Virus record (IMG/VR): IMGVR_UViG_3300042691_047309
Span: 1-64,000 of that record
DNA from: a virus
Direction: 5' to 3' (one strand)
DNA: 64,000 bases
Shown here piece by piece: positions 47,394 through 56,935 of this stretch. The translations under genes and the position numbers were made by a program. Position 1 is the first letter of the stretch; the number at the start of each line of letters is the position of its first letter. The notes under the pieces were generated by a model that was not told where the DNA came from, searched no databases, and worked only from the letters and a program-made list of their open reading frames with translations.

Positions 47394-47542
47394 ATCTTTA
47401 TCTTTCTTTTAAAATTCTTATGATATGATCCTGATAAGTATTCGGTATATGAAATATTTCTATCTATTTGTTCTGCTACATATTCACTATAAGCAATAGA
47501 TTCAAATAACTTCTCTTTAAGATACTCTTGATATTCTATCAT
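47375..47542 (-). CDS. 55-aa protein with three 14-residue repeats and a C-terminal tag (absent from the ORF track)
   Basis: [55 protein letters not shown]; ATGA overlap with the dnaJ stop. Confidence 0.65.
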   Translation of the reverse strand: MIEYQEYLKEKLFESIAYSEYVAEQIDRNISYTEYLSGSYHKNFKRKIKIKNLFN

Positions 47543-48618
47543 ACTGTGAAATTATTTGAGTTTTTTAGTTTTTCTAAAACGAATTTCTCTTCAAGTGAAA
47601 TGTTTTTAGGAATTTTAATTTCAATTTTCACTAATAAATCACCAAGACCTAAATTTAGATCAGGAATTCCTTTACCAGATATTCTGATTATCTTACCCGG
47701 TTCTGTTCCTGGTTCAATAGTAAGTGGTAAATCACCGTGTGGTGTTTTTACTTTTAAGTGAGATCCAATAATTGCATCTAAAACAGAAATTTGTTTTTCA
47801 ACAATCAAGTTATTATTATCTCTTTTGAAATAAAACTCCACAATTTCATCAATAACAATCTGTAAGTCACCAGGAGTTCCATCTTTAACATGATTACCAT
47901 AACCGTTAAGAGTGAAAATCATATTTTTACTAACACCTGCTGGAATATCCACATCAACAACTTGTTCTTTAATTATTGTACCTTCTCCTTTGCAATCTTT
48001 ACAAAGGTTATTAATTACTTTACCACTACCTTGGCAATCTGGACAACCAGTCTCTTGTCTAATCTGACCAAATGGAGTATTTTGAACAACTGTTCTTCGA
48101 CCTGAACCATTACACGGTAGGCAATTTCTTGAATCAGATCCACCTTTACCGCTACAACTTTGACAAGTTTCCTGTCTTTTGTATTTTAATTTTTTAGAGC
48201 ATCCCTTTAAAACTTCTTCAATAGTCAAACTAACTTTCAGTCTTAAATCACCTCCCCTTCTTTTTTGGTTTCTCCAACGTCCTCCATTTTGATTTCCAAA
48301 GTTTCCAAAGATATCTCCAAATTGAGAAAAAATATCATCCATTGAAAAGCCATGACCAAATCCGCTATTTCCAAATGGATTTCCTCCACCAAATGGATTA
48401 GAATCAGATGTACCGAATCTATCATAATTATTTCTCTTTTGAGAATCACTCAGTACATCATAAGCTTCTGCTGCCTCTTTAAACTTTGACTCAGCTTCGG
48501 GATTATCAGGATTTTTGTCAGGATGATACTGCATGGCCATCTTACGGTAAGCTTTTTTAATCTCATCTTCCGATGATTCTTTATTAACTCCTAAAATGTT
48601 GTAATAATCTTTGCTCAT
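47539..48618 (-). CDS. dnaJ: chaperone DnaJ
   Basis: J-domain HPD, G/F region, four CxxCxGxG repeats. Confidence 0.95.
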   Translation of the reverse strand: MSKDYYNILGVNKESSEDEIKKAYRKMAMQYHPDKNPDNPEAESKFKEAAEAYDVLSDSQKRNNYDRFGTSDSNPFGGGNPFGNSGFGHGFSMDDIFSQFGDIFGNFGNQNGGRWRNQKRRGGDLRLKVSLTIEEVLKGCSKKLKYKRQETCQSCSGKGGSDSRNCLPCNGSGRRTVVQNTPFGQIRQETGCPDCQGSGKVINNLCKDCKGEGTIIKEQVVDVDIPAGVSKNMIFTLNGYGNHVKDGTPGDLQIVIDEIVEFYFKRDNNNLIVEKQISVLDAIIGSHLKVKTPHGDLPLTIEPGTEPGKIIRISGKGIPDLNLGLGDLLVKIEIKIPKNISLEEKFVLEKLKNSNNFTV

Positions 48619-48935
48619 AATTTATTAAATATTTTTTCTAATTTAATATCTCTATATATCTGTTTAGTTGTATCTGTTAGCTTTATATCAACCCATCTGT
48701 TGTATTTAATTACAAACTCTTCTCCGTAAATATTTGCTCTCATTATTGGTAACTCTTCAATTATTTCTGAAAAAATAACCTCAATGTCTTCTAATTTATA
48801 ATCATTAATTTCTGATAATCTTTTGCAAAAATAATTCATACATGGTGATGCAGTTTTTATAACATTATTTAAATAATTATCTCCTTTAAAATTTTCCGGA
48901 GCTGCCTCGGATATTTCAACGTACCAATCAATCAT
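48615..48935 (-). CDS. hypothetical protein with C-terminal tag
   Basis: Ends [13 protein letters not shown]. Confidence 0.65.
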   Translation of the reverse strand: MIDWYVEISEAAPENFKGDNYLNNVIKTASPCMNYFCKRLSEINDYKLEDIEVIFSEIIEELPIMRANIYGEEFVIKYNRWVDIKLTDTTKQIYRDIKLEKIFNKL

Positions 48936-49480
48936 TTTACCAAATTTTTAATTTTTAAATCTCTAATATCTTCTTTTATATCATTAGACTCTAAAACTAA
49001 TTTAACAAGTTTTCCGATATAGTTATCAACAATTATTTCTAAAGTTGTAGATGTTTTATCAATGTATTGAAACTTTTCTAAACAATTCCTAGATGAAATA
49101 AGGTAATCAATTAGATATTCTATAAACTCATCAATATTATAGTGTAATTGAAAAAGTTCTAATCTACCATCCGGAACATATCCTTTAATTGCTTTTATTT
49201 CGGGTAACGTTTGAAATATTTTAGGTGGATCAATAAAAACTTTAGCAAAAACTCTTCTAACCGATGGTAGTATTAAGTCTAATATTTCATCTTCGCTTTC
49301 ATACATAGAACCCTCAAATTCTGGCGTATCAAATAAATGATATTTTTCTTCAATAATATAATTTAAAGTCATTTCATAATACTCTAAATATTCATCTGGT
49401 ATTCCTCCAGTTAGAGCATCAATGAGAGCATTTTTATAATTTTCATCTTTATGAATGGTAAAGAAGTTAGGTTTATCCAT
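48932..49480 (-). CDS. hypothetical protein with C-terminal tag
   Basis: Ends [11 protein letters not shown]. Confidence 0.65.
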   Translation of the reverse strand: MDKPNFFTIHKDENYKNALIDALTGGIPDEYLEYYEMTLNYIIEEKYHLFDTPEFEGSMYESEDEILDLILPSVRRVFAKVFIDPPKIFQTLPEIKAIKGYVPDGRLELFQLHYNIDEFIEYLIDYLISSRNCLEKFQYIDKTSTTLEIIVDNYIGKLVKLVLESNDIKEDIRDLKIKNLVK

Positions 49481-49940
49481 TTTTACCTAAAATAATTTTT
49501 GGATATCTAAACGGTCTTCCATTTAAAGTATATCCTTTACTGACAACATCAACCACTTTTGTTTCATCCATTGGAATAACACTTATTACTTCATGTAGTT
49601 CATCATCGTAAGTTTCGGTTTGAATTGTTTCGATACCTTGTGACTTTAAAAAAGTATCAAGTTTAGAAAGAATTAAAGAGGTGCCTTCTGATACTTCACC
49701 AGATGATTTAATTGCAAAACTTAAATCATTGTCCATATCTAAAATAGATTGTAAAAGTTTTACCTTAGTATTAGTAAGTAGTTCTTCTTTATCTTTAATT
49801 ACTCTTTTTTTATAGTTTTCAAAGTCCGCATAAAGAAGAAGATACTTTTTTTCTGATTCTTCAAGTTGTTGTTTTAGTGAATCTTCTAAACTAATTTCAA
49901 CATTTTCTTGTTCTAATTGTTCATTTTTATTCTCTTCCAT
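49473..49940 (-). CDS. grpE: nucleotide exchange factor GrpE
   Basis: ADFENYKKR, LHEVI, KGYTLNGRPFR. Confidence 0.9.
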   Translation of the reverse strand: MEENKNEQLEQENVEISLEDSLKQQLEESEKKYLLLYADFENYKKRVIKDKEELLTNTKVKLLQSILDMDNDLSFAIKSSGEVSEGTSLILSKLDTFLKSQGIETIQTETYDDELHEVISVIPMDETKVVDVVSKGYTLNGRPFRYPKIILGKNG

Positions 49941-49944
49941 ATTC

Positions 49945-50436
49945 TTAATAGTTAAATTTTAAAAGCTTCTTTATATTATTTGAGTTATAAAACTCATAAG
50001 TTACATTTTTATCAACGATTTTATGAATTTCTAATTTTTCCAATTCATCTTTCATTTCATTTATACAAACAACTAAATCTTTTAACGAGTTTGTCCAATT
50101 CACGGTTGGTTCCCAGTAATCAGGAAACTTATCTAAGAACTTATCAACTGCTGTATCAAAAGTTTTCTTTCTAATTAGAAGTCCATCTTTTTGAGGAGAA
50201 TGAATAGATTTATTTGTTAATATTTCAACTACATAAGTGTTGAATTTGTGAATTAGATTATCTGTCTCAATGACTTTCAAGAGACCTATGATAAGAGCAT
50301 CTCTTTCAGTCAATCTTATTGGACTATTCTCTTTTAGTATTTTCTCAGCTTCTTTTTCAGAACCTAATACATAATACACATAGTTGTCCCACACGCACAT
50401 TTTTATAACTTCTTCTGGGTAAATTTCAATTAGCAT
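49945..50436 (-). CDS. hypothetical protein
   Basis: First gene of the grpE-dnaJ run. Confidence 0.6.
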   Translation of the reverse strand: MLIEIYPEEVIKMCVWDNYVYYVLGSEKEAEKILKENSPIRLTERDALIIGLLKVIETDNLIHKFNTYVVEILTNKSIHSPQKDGLLIRKKTFDTAVDKFLDKFPDYWEPTVNWTNSLKDLVVCINEMKDELEKLEIHKIVDKNVTYEFYNSNNIKKLLKFNY

Positions 50437-50546
50437 AAATTAAATTATATTTTTGATTTATAGTCAGATTGTGACATAAAGTTTTTTATTTTAGATATTG
50501 ACAATTTTATAAATATAATTATATTTGTAAAAAATAATAACTGAAC

Positions 50547-50735
50547 ATGGAAATTTCAGAAAAAATCGAACTTAATAAACAACTAAAATCTTACAAAGGA
50601 GATAACTCTTTTGCTCTTTCATTACAAAAACAATTAAAGACTTCTAAATACTTAGATAAAGTTGAAGTCAATGGTAAGATGGTTAAAGTATTGAGTGAAA
50701 AACAATATGAAGCCGCTAAAACAGTTTTAGATTAA
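50547..50735 (+). CDS. small hypothetical protein
   Basis: TATATTTG at 50520-50527; LSEKQ motif. Confidence 0.6.
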   Translation: MEISEKIELNKQLKSYKGDNSFALSLQKQLKTSKYLDKVEVNGKMVKVLSEKQYEAAKTVLD

Positions 50736-51104
50736 TTTAAAAATTAAACTAAAAGATAATCCAAAAAGAATTCGAGCAATTAAAAAATAAATAGCTGTTA
50801 AGAAAATTGTTCCACAACCAACTGCTATAAAAAATAAACCTAAAAATATAGTAAAGTTGTGAATCAATTTAAAAAGATGCCAAGCATCAGTAAAACCAAC
50901 AAAGATGGTTGATGATCCTAAAAATTTCTCACCATTCTTAGGATTACCATCTTTCCATTTATTCATCCATGAAAATCCTGGATACCAAAATCTTTGATTT
51001 TTAAACTTTTTAAAAATAGAAGTATCATAATGAAACTGCAAAGTATCCATTATGGCTTCTGTCATTCCAGATAGGATAATTAAAAACAATCCAATTAAAA
51101 TCAC
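50727..51104 (-). CDS. membrane protein
   Basis: Three hydrophobic segments; TDAWH motif. Confidence 0.65.
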   Translation of the reverse strand: MILIGLFLIILSGMTEAIMDTLQFHYDTSIFKKFKNQRFWYPGFSWMNKWKDGNPKNGEKFLGSSTIFVGFTDAWHLFKLIHNFTIFLGLFFIAVGCGTIFLTAIYFLIARILFGLSFSLIFKLI

Positions 51105-51298
51105 TTCTTTGAATCCTTCTTATTTTTAATTAACCAGATAATGTTTGCTACCAATCCACCATAAATAGCAACAAAAGATCCAATAAGAGGATACCATTCG
51201 TCTAAATAACCATCTCTTAACCAAAATGGCCATAATACTGCAGCTGTTCCCAACAAAGCTATTGAAATCCAACTTGTAAATCCGTCAAAAAATCTCAT
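51101..51298 (-). CDS. small two-TM membrane protein
   Basis: Two hydrophobic helices and a basic tail. Confidence 0.6.
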   Translation of the reverse strand: MRFFDGFTSWISIALLGTAAVLWPFWLRDGYLDEWYPLIGSFVAIYGGLVANIIWLIKNKKDSKK

Positions 51299-51313
51299 AA
51301 TATAATTATTTTT

Positions 51314-51904
51314 TTACATTTCACCGAATCTTTTGATTCTAAAAATAGATCCGATGTTATTTAATTTAGCCTTTATCTCATTTAAGAGCAAAAGGTGTGT
51401 TCTGTTAAATTGTCTATGTTTCTCAATATCATCAACTATTCTCCAAGTTTCTTCAAAGTATTTGTTTCTGAATCTTTCATTGGCTGTAAAAGCATCTGAT
51501 ATGTTTTGTAGTCTATCTGCTAATTTGATAATAAGAGCATCATCAGACATTTCTATCATTTTATCTGACAAGTAAGCCGCTTTATCATTTTGATAAACCT
51601 TTTCTATTTCTTCTTTTGAAGAAGTTAATTCAGCAACTAATCCACCAACTCTACTTCCAAAAATCTCAGAGATTTCATGTAAGCCTACTTCTAAGTCGTC
51701 GTAACAATCTTCTGCAACATCATGTAAGATGGATGCACAAAGAATATCTTCATCTGTTGTATGTTGTTTAACAATAGCATTTACTTTTTTAACATGTGCA
51801 TCAAAATAAGGAAGTCCGATAAATCTCCTTACTTGTCCTTTATGTGCTGATTTGGCAAACTTCCAAGCCTCGGTTTCTTTTCTTGTTATTGGTCTATTTG
51901 GCAT
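51314..51904 (-). CDS. HD-domain (p)ppGpp hydrolase-like (Mesh1/SpoT-type small alarmone hydrolase)
   Basis: AHKGQVR, PY..H, LHDVAED, IKLADRLQN. Confidence 0.8.
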   Translation of the reverse strand: MPNRPITRKETEAWKFAKSAHKGQVRRFIGLPYFDAHVKKVNAIVKQHTTDEDILCASILHDVAEDCYDDLEVGLHEISEIFGSRVGGLVAELTSSKEEIEKVYQNDKAAYLSDKMIEMSDDALIIKLADRLQNISDAFTANERFRNKYFEETWRIVDDIEKHRQFNRTHLLLLNEIKAKLNNIGSIFRIKRFGEM

Positions 51905-51962
51905 ATAAACTATATATAAACTTTACAAAATTAAAGATGTATAATATAAAAAATAAATTATT

Positions 51963-52142
51963 ATGATGGATGAAGTAATGTCAGAAAGACCAAGCTACCG
52001 TTGGGATAACAAAGAGTATCTTGTAGAGGTTATGATGAAGCAATTAGGTATCACAGAAGAAGATTTAGAAAATGATCCTTCTTGGATGAAAGCTAAAGTT
52101 CGTGAAATGAATATCGAAAGAGTTTTAGAAAACGAAAATTAA
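51963..52142 (+). CDS. 59-aa hypothetical protein with C-terminal tag (absent from the ORF track)
   Basis: MMDEVMSERP...KVREMNIERVLENEN; followed by terminator AACCTCA/TGAGGTT. Confidence 0.6.
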   Translation: MMDEVMSERPSYRWDNKEYLVEVMMKQLGITEEDLENDPSWMKAKVREMNIERVLENEN

Positions 52143-52196
52143 AAATTAACCTCACTTAGTTGAGGTTTTTTTATGCTTTTTCCTTATCTTTGTATT

Positions 52197-52613
52197 ATGA
52201 TAACAAGAGAGAAAGTCCTACAGGTTCAAAATAAAATCAAAGAAGCAATTGCTCAAATTGAAAAAGATGAAAATGTTAAAATTGATTTTGGTTCATTAAG
52301 CTTTAATCCACAAAAGTATTCAACTTCTATGACGGTATCAACTTTAGAGAAATCTGAAAGAGTTGAGTCTGTTCTTGAAAGAACTTGTCGAGCAATTGGT
52401 TTTACTCAAAATGTTATTGGAATGACTTTTGATTTTCGTGGTGATAAATATGAAATCACTGATATCAAAACTAAAAACAGAAAGTATCCTGTTATTGCTA
52501 CTGAAATTAGAACTAAAAAAGGTTATAAATTTGCAGTAGAGACTATCAGAAAAGCATTGGGTGGTGATGCTCAAATTAATAGAAATAAGAATTTAGATAA
52601 ATTGGTTGATTAA
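52197..52613 (+). CDS. hypothetical protein with C-terminal tag
   Basis: Start moved after TATCTTTG 52185-52192; ends NRNKNLDKLVD. Confidence 0.65.
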   Translation: MITREKVLQVQNKIKEAIAQIEKDENVKIDFGSLSFNPQKYSTSMTVSTLEKSERVESVLERTCRAIGFTQNVIGMTFDFRGDKYEITDIKTKNRKYPVIATEIRTKKGYKFAVETIRKALGGDAQINRNKNLDKLVD

Positions 52614-53038
52614 TGTATCTTTACATAGGTGATAAAAATTACTGGTTAGACTTTGGATGTTTTCCTGAGAAAATATCTCGCCTAAAAAAATTGAATCAAA
52701 TTAAATTTAAAATAAATTTATATGATTATGACAACGTGAAATCAACGTCTGCTGGATCTCAAATTGAATTTGCTAATAAATTTACTTTTTTAAAATCATT
52801 AAAAACACTTCCCCAAACAATTTATGCTTCAAAAAGCGACCACTACTGGTGGTCATTTGATGGATGTCAACTTTTAGATAAAAAGATATATCAAGATAAA
52901 GACTACTATGATTATGATGGTAGAGATATAAAAAAATGGAATATTGAATTAACAATATCTTATAAAGATGTGTATGGTTCTAATAAAAAACAAGTCTTAG
53001 AAAGAGATATAAAATTAAAGAAACTATTTAATGAGTAA
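52613..53038 (+). CDS. hypothetical protein with C-terminal tag
   Basis: Ends ERDIKLKKLFNE. Confidence 0.65.
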   Translation: MYLYIGDKNYWLDFGCFPEKISRLKKLNQIKFKINLYDYDNVKSTSAGSQIEFANKFTFLKSLKTLPQTIYASKSDHYWWSFDGCQLLDKKIYQDKDYYDYDGRDIKKWNIELTISYKDVYGSNKKQVLERDIKLKKLFNE

Positions 53039-53279
53039 TATATCAAATAGAGTTTCAGAAACTAGACTTTTCAAAGAAAGAAGGAGTTTAGGAATTGAAT
53101 TTTGCTGGGAAACAGCAACTGAAGCTGTATTTTCCAGACCAGAAGATGATTTAGATATATTAGGTGAATATTACTTAATTGAATCTTTTTCAACCGGTGT
53201 TATTTCAGTCACTGACATAAAAGGAAATGTCTTAGATAAAACTGATAGAATCTTAAATTTATTTAGACTTGGTGTTTGA
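53031..53279 (+). CDS. hypothetical protein
   Basis: Coupled ORF. Confidence 0.55.
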   Translation: MSNISNRVSETRLFKERRSLGIEFCWETATEAVFSRPEDDLDILGEYYLIESFSTGVISVTDIKGNVLDKTDRILNLFRLGV

Positions 53280-53693
53280 TTTTTCCGATTTATAGCTCTC
53301 AATAACTCTCATTCTTAATTCAGTTGTAGAAAATGAATGTTTTCTTGAGTTATAATACATTTCAATATGTTCTAACTCTTTTCCTGTAAAATCTTTATCC
53401 TTATACTCTTCTCCTACAACTCTTATATTTATTGGATATGAATGTAGAATATCTAATAAATCTTTTTCAGTTGCATAGACTACAACCTCATCTACATATT
53501 TACAAGCTTCTAATTGAATAAACCTTTCAACAACAGATTGAATTGGTTTGTTTTTTTCAGGTCTATCAATAGTAGGGTCAGTTTGTAATCCTACAATTAG
53601 ATAATCACAAACCGACTTTGATTCCTTTAACATCATAATATGACCTGCATGAAATAGGTCAAAACATGAGCAAGTAAATCCTACTTTTTTCAT
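53259..53693 (-). CDS. TagD-like cytidylyltransferase
   Basis: FDLFHAGH (HxGH), VGEEY, RKHSFSTT. Confidence 0.85.
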   Translation of the reverse strand: MKKVGFTCSCFDLFHAGHIMMLKESKSVCDYLIVGLQTDPTIDRPEKNKPIQSVVERFIQLEACKYVDEVVVYATEKDLLDILHSYPINIRVVGEEYKDKDFTGKELEHIEMYYNSRKHSFSTTELRMRVIESYKSEKSNTKSK

Positions 53694-53881
53694 AGTGACT
53701 TTTTAATTTGTTTTGGTAGTTGTTCATTTGATAACTCAAATTCTCTAATACCACTTCTAGTATTACTCACCATTAAAAATTTAAAATTGAAACTATCATT
53801 AGTTTTTGTTCTAACATGATAGTATTCGTCAATTGATCCACTTGTGTGAATTGTTCCTAAATGTTTTTTATCTGTATTCAT
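53690..53881 (-). CDS. small hypothetical protein
   Basis: ATGA-coupled to the cytidylyltransferase gene. Confidence 0.5.
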   Translation of the reverse strand: MNTDKKHLGTIHTSGSIDEYYHVRTKTNDSFNFKFLMVSNTRSGIREFELSNEQLPKQIKKSL

Positions 53882-53940
53882 ATCTTTTTTATGATAATTT
53901 TTACAAAAGTTTTCACTATATTTGCAGAATATATAACTCT

Positions 53941-55260
53941 ATGAAGTTATTCAGATATATGGAATTTATAAAAGAAAGCGTTACTCAATACTCTATACCT
54001 TCTTATGAAGAGGCGGTTGAGATGTGCTCTAAACCAGATGCTGCTTTTTATGAATCAAAAACTGAAGTTGATGGTTTTCCAATAAGCATCTTCAATTATA
54101 GACTTGCTCAATTTAGTGATTTTAATCTACCATTGGAGAATAAACCAGAAGTTAAAGCTTTTGAAATGAGAGGTCTTACTTTTGTTTTTAATAAAGATGG
54201 TTCTCTTTATAAAAGATTTGTGCTACTTGAAAAGTTCTTTAACTTGAATCAAGTTCCTAATTCTATGTATTCTGTTGTTAAAGATTACAAAATTCGTTAT
54301 GTTAATAACAAAGAAGATGGTTCTATTGCTTCATTTATTCAATTACCAAATGGAAAGATTATAGGTCGTTCTAAAATGGGGTTTGATAATGACCAAGCAA
54401 ATGGTATAAACAAAATCTATAAAACAAATGCGGATATAAATCAATTTGTTAATTGGTGTTTATCACAAGACATAACTCCGATATTCGAGTATGTCGCGCC
54501 CCACAACCGTGTAGTTTTAAGATACTCACAAGAAGAGCTGATACTTTTAAGACTAAGAGATAACAAGACCGGAAAACATATCGATATCAAAGACCATTTA
54601 GATAAAATTGGTTCAATTAAGATTGCACCTTTTGAGGATGACCACACTTTGGATGACCTAATTGAAAAGTCAAAAACTGAAGCAGAGAGAGAAGGATGGA
54701 TTGTTCAGTTTGATAATGATCACATGCTTAAAATCAAAACTGATTGGTATTGCCAAAGACACGGACTTTTAACAAATGACATTTATAGAGAACATATTAT
54801 TATAGGATATATCTTAGATGATAAGATTGATGATATTTTAGGTCAAATTCCTGAGGATGAAAAAGAAGCACACGAAAGAATACAAAAGATAATTTCAATT
54901 GTTAAAAGAGAAATTAACAATTTAGTTTCACAGATGAATTCTGCTTACTCGGAATTTGTTAAGTCAGGTGCTGATAAAAGAGATTATGCTATTAATCATA
55001 GAGTTGGAAATCCTAACTTTCATTTTGTTATGAGTATGGATAAATATGATAAATTAAAATCTATGTCTAAAGAAGATATATTAGAGTATTATGATTCAGT
55101 TGAAGCTTGGGAAAAGGCAATTGAAAAATATCAACCTTATAACTTAGCTGTTGAGACAATAAGAGATAAAACTAAGAGATTGGAAATAGCCAGAGAATGG
55201 TTAGAATCAAAAGATCCTGGATTATTTTTTAGAGATCCAGAAGAGTCAGAGGAGAATTAA
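53941..55260 (+). CDS. T4 Rnl1-like RNA ligase with N-terminal tag
   Basis: Start moved to MKLFRYMEFIKES; EMRGL, KFFN, motif I KEDGS, FEY, EGWIV, KIK. Confidence 0.85.
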   Translation: MKLFRYMEFIKESVTQYSIPSYEEAVEMCSKPDAAFYESKTEVDGFPISIFNYRLAQFSDFNLPLENKPEVKAFEMRGLTFVFNKDGSLYKRFVLLEKFFNLNQVPNSMYSVVKDYKIRYVNNKEDGSIASFIQLPNGKIIGRSKMGFDNDQANGINKIYKTNADINQFVNWCLSQDITPIFEYVAPHNRVVLRYSQEELILLRLRDNKTGKHIDIKDHLDKIGSIKIAPFEDDHTLDDLIEKSKTEAEREGWIVQFDNDHMLKIKTDWYCQRHGLLTNDIYREHIIIGYILDDKIDDILGQIPEDEKEAHERIQKIISIVKREINNLVSQMNSAYSEFVKSGADKRDYAINHRVGNPNFHFVMSMDKYDKLKSMSKEDILEYYDSVEAWEKAIEKYQPYNLAVETIRDKTKRLEIAREWLESKDPGLFFRDPEESEEN

Positions 55261-55286
55261 GAGAGGTTTTTAACCTCTCTTTTTTT
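55259..55286 (+). terminator. intrinsic terminator
   Basis: AGAGAGGTT/AACCTCTCT plus T-run. Confidence 0.8.
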
Positions 55287-55298
55287 ATATATACTTTT

Positions 55299-56111
55299 AT
55301 GAAAATAAAGAAATACATAGAATTCATATCTGAAGAGATTTTTAACCTGACATCATGGCCTTCTTTATTTGATGATGAGAAAAACGGATATGTTCTTCCT
55401 ATGTTATTGTGGTCTGTTGATATTTCTGATGGTTCTTTTAGAGAAGGTGATTATGAAACACCTGTAGCATCTTCGGGTGTCAAATTAGTTAAGAGTTGGA
55501 ATTTAGAAAATAATTTAGTTGGTTCTTACTTTGAATTTATCGGACAAAAAAGAGGAGTAATATTTACACATATTAAAGAAGTTAATTTGGAATTTTGCGA
55601 CTCTAAAGAAAAAGGTTATACGCTTCCGAAAAATTTAAGTGAAAGAGTAAATAATTTATATAACCAGTATGGTTTAGGAACACCTATTTTTGCAACAGTT
55701 GTTAAAGGGTTTGAAGATGGTGTAAAGGTTGTGACCACTGGTTCTAACTGGCACTTAGTTTCTAAATTAGGTATTAAAAAACTAGGAACAACTACATATA
55801 GAGGATTTGTTAGAGAAACAAAAATTCCACTTTATAGTGATGATACTCAAACGCCGGAATCAAAAGAAGCTATTTGGAAAAAACTTTTACAGGATGAAAG
55901 TTGTGAAATAACTATTTGGTCTCAAAATATGAAGAAAGAATTTCCAATTCAAATGGTTGATGGAAATCCTTACTACAATGGAAATATACCTGTTTATTTT
56001 GGAGATAAAGAAATAAACCAACAAGTTTTAGATTTAGCTGGTGAAGACGAAGAGAAGTATAAAAAGATGAAATCTCTAACAAAAAACTTAAAATTGAAAT
56101 CAGTCAAATGA
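55299..56111 (+). CDS. N-tagged protein, possible GNAT-like fold
   Basis: MKIKKYIEFISEE; KLGTTTY...LYSD..QT..S...W pattern. Confidence 0.55.
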   Translation: MKIKKYIEFISEEIFNLTSWPSLFDDEKNGYVLPMLLWSVDISDGSFREGDYETPVASSGVKLVKSWNLENNLVGSYFEFIGQKRGVIFTHIKEVNLEFCDSKEKGYTLPKNLSERVNNLYNQYGLGTPIFATVVKGFEDGVKVVTTGSNWHLVSKLGIKKLGTTTYRGFVRETKIPLYSDDTQTPESKEAIWKKLLQDESCEITIWSQNMKKEFPIQMVDGNPYYNGNIPVYFGDKEINQQVLDLAGEDEEKYKKMKSLTKNLKLKSVK

Positions 56112-56935
56112 AATATCTAAAAACATATACTCTCTTCGAGAGAGTCTCTAATGAGACTAAATTATTTGAAGCATTAGTAGAAGATATTACTTTTATTAGA
56201 ATGTCTCATACCGATATGTTAAATGGTAGAGAAGCAGGTTGGTATCAACCAAAACAAAGAAGAATGATAGGTCCTGATACTTTTAATGACTCTTTGGTAA
56301 AAGCTGGATTCCCTGATAAACAAAGTTGTGTTCATTTTATGTCGGAGTCATCTTACGATGTTGGGTACTCTTATATTTATGGTAAAAATTTATTTCAAGT
56401 GGTAATAGATGATAAATCTAAATTAGGATGGTCATTTGTTGCTCCAATAAATGATTGGTTTTATAAAGGAAATTCTATTCAAAACTCACTTAGAAGTGGA
56501 AATGAATTGGTGTCTGATATTATGAAAAGTACATTTAATAAGATATATGCTGATTCTCAAACTGGTGAGGGTGTTGATGAGTCATTAAATTATTTGTTAG
56601 ATTTTAAAGCTATAGGAACAGGAACAATTGAAGATTTAAAAAGGTCACCACACTTTGGGAAATATAATTTATATGTTTGGACAACTGATAAAGTATATCT
56701 TAAAAGATATGTTAAAGAAAGTGAGATAAAGGAAAAAGAACCAAAACCTTATAAAAATCAACCAGTTTTAGATACTGAAGATTTTACTGAAAGAGGAATT
56801 AAACCAGAGGAAATTGGTAATTTTTATCAATCTGAGTGGGGAAGAAGATTTAAAAGACTTCAACCTACTGCAGATTACAATTTAAGAAGAGAAGAAGCTC
56901 TAAAACTTTTAGATGAATGGATAAAAACAAGATGA
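56108..56935 (+). CDS. N-tagged hypothetical protein (double-tag cassette)
   Basis: MKYLKTYTLFERVSNETKLFEA. Confidence 0.7.
   Translation: MKYLKTYTLFERVSNETKLFEALVEDITFIRMSHTDMLNGREAGWYQPKQRRMIGPDTFNDSLVKAGFPDKQSCVHFMSESSYDVGYSYIYGKNLFQVVIDDKSKLGWSFVAPINDWFYKGNSIQNSLRSGNELVSDIMKSTFNKIYADSQTGEGVDESLNYLLDFKAIGTGTIEDLKRSPHFGKYNLYVWTTDKVYLKRYVKESEIKEKEPKPYKNQPVLDTEDFTERGIKPEEIGNFYQSEWGRRFKRLQPTADYNLRREEALKLLDEWIKTR

Noticed and set aside
53833-53940. Upstream extensions of ORFs 53833, 4505, 52173, 56917 and 40862
   Set aside because: The extensions run through promoters or neighbouring genes; downstream ATGs give tag-bearing or promoter-consistent starts
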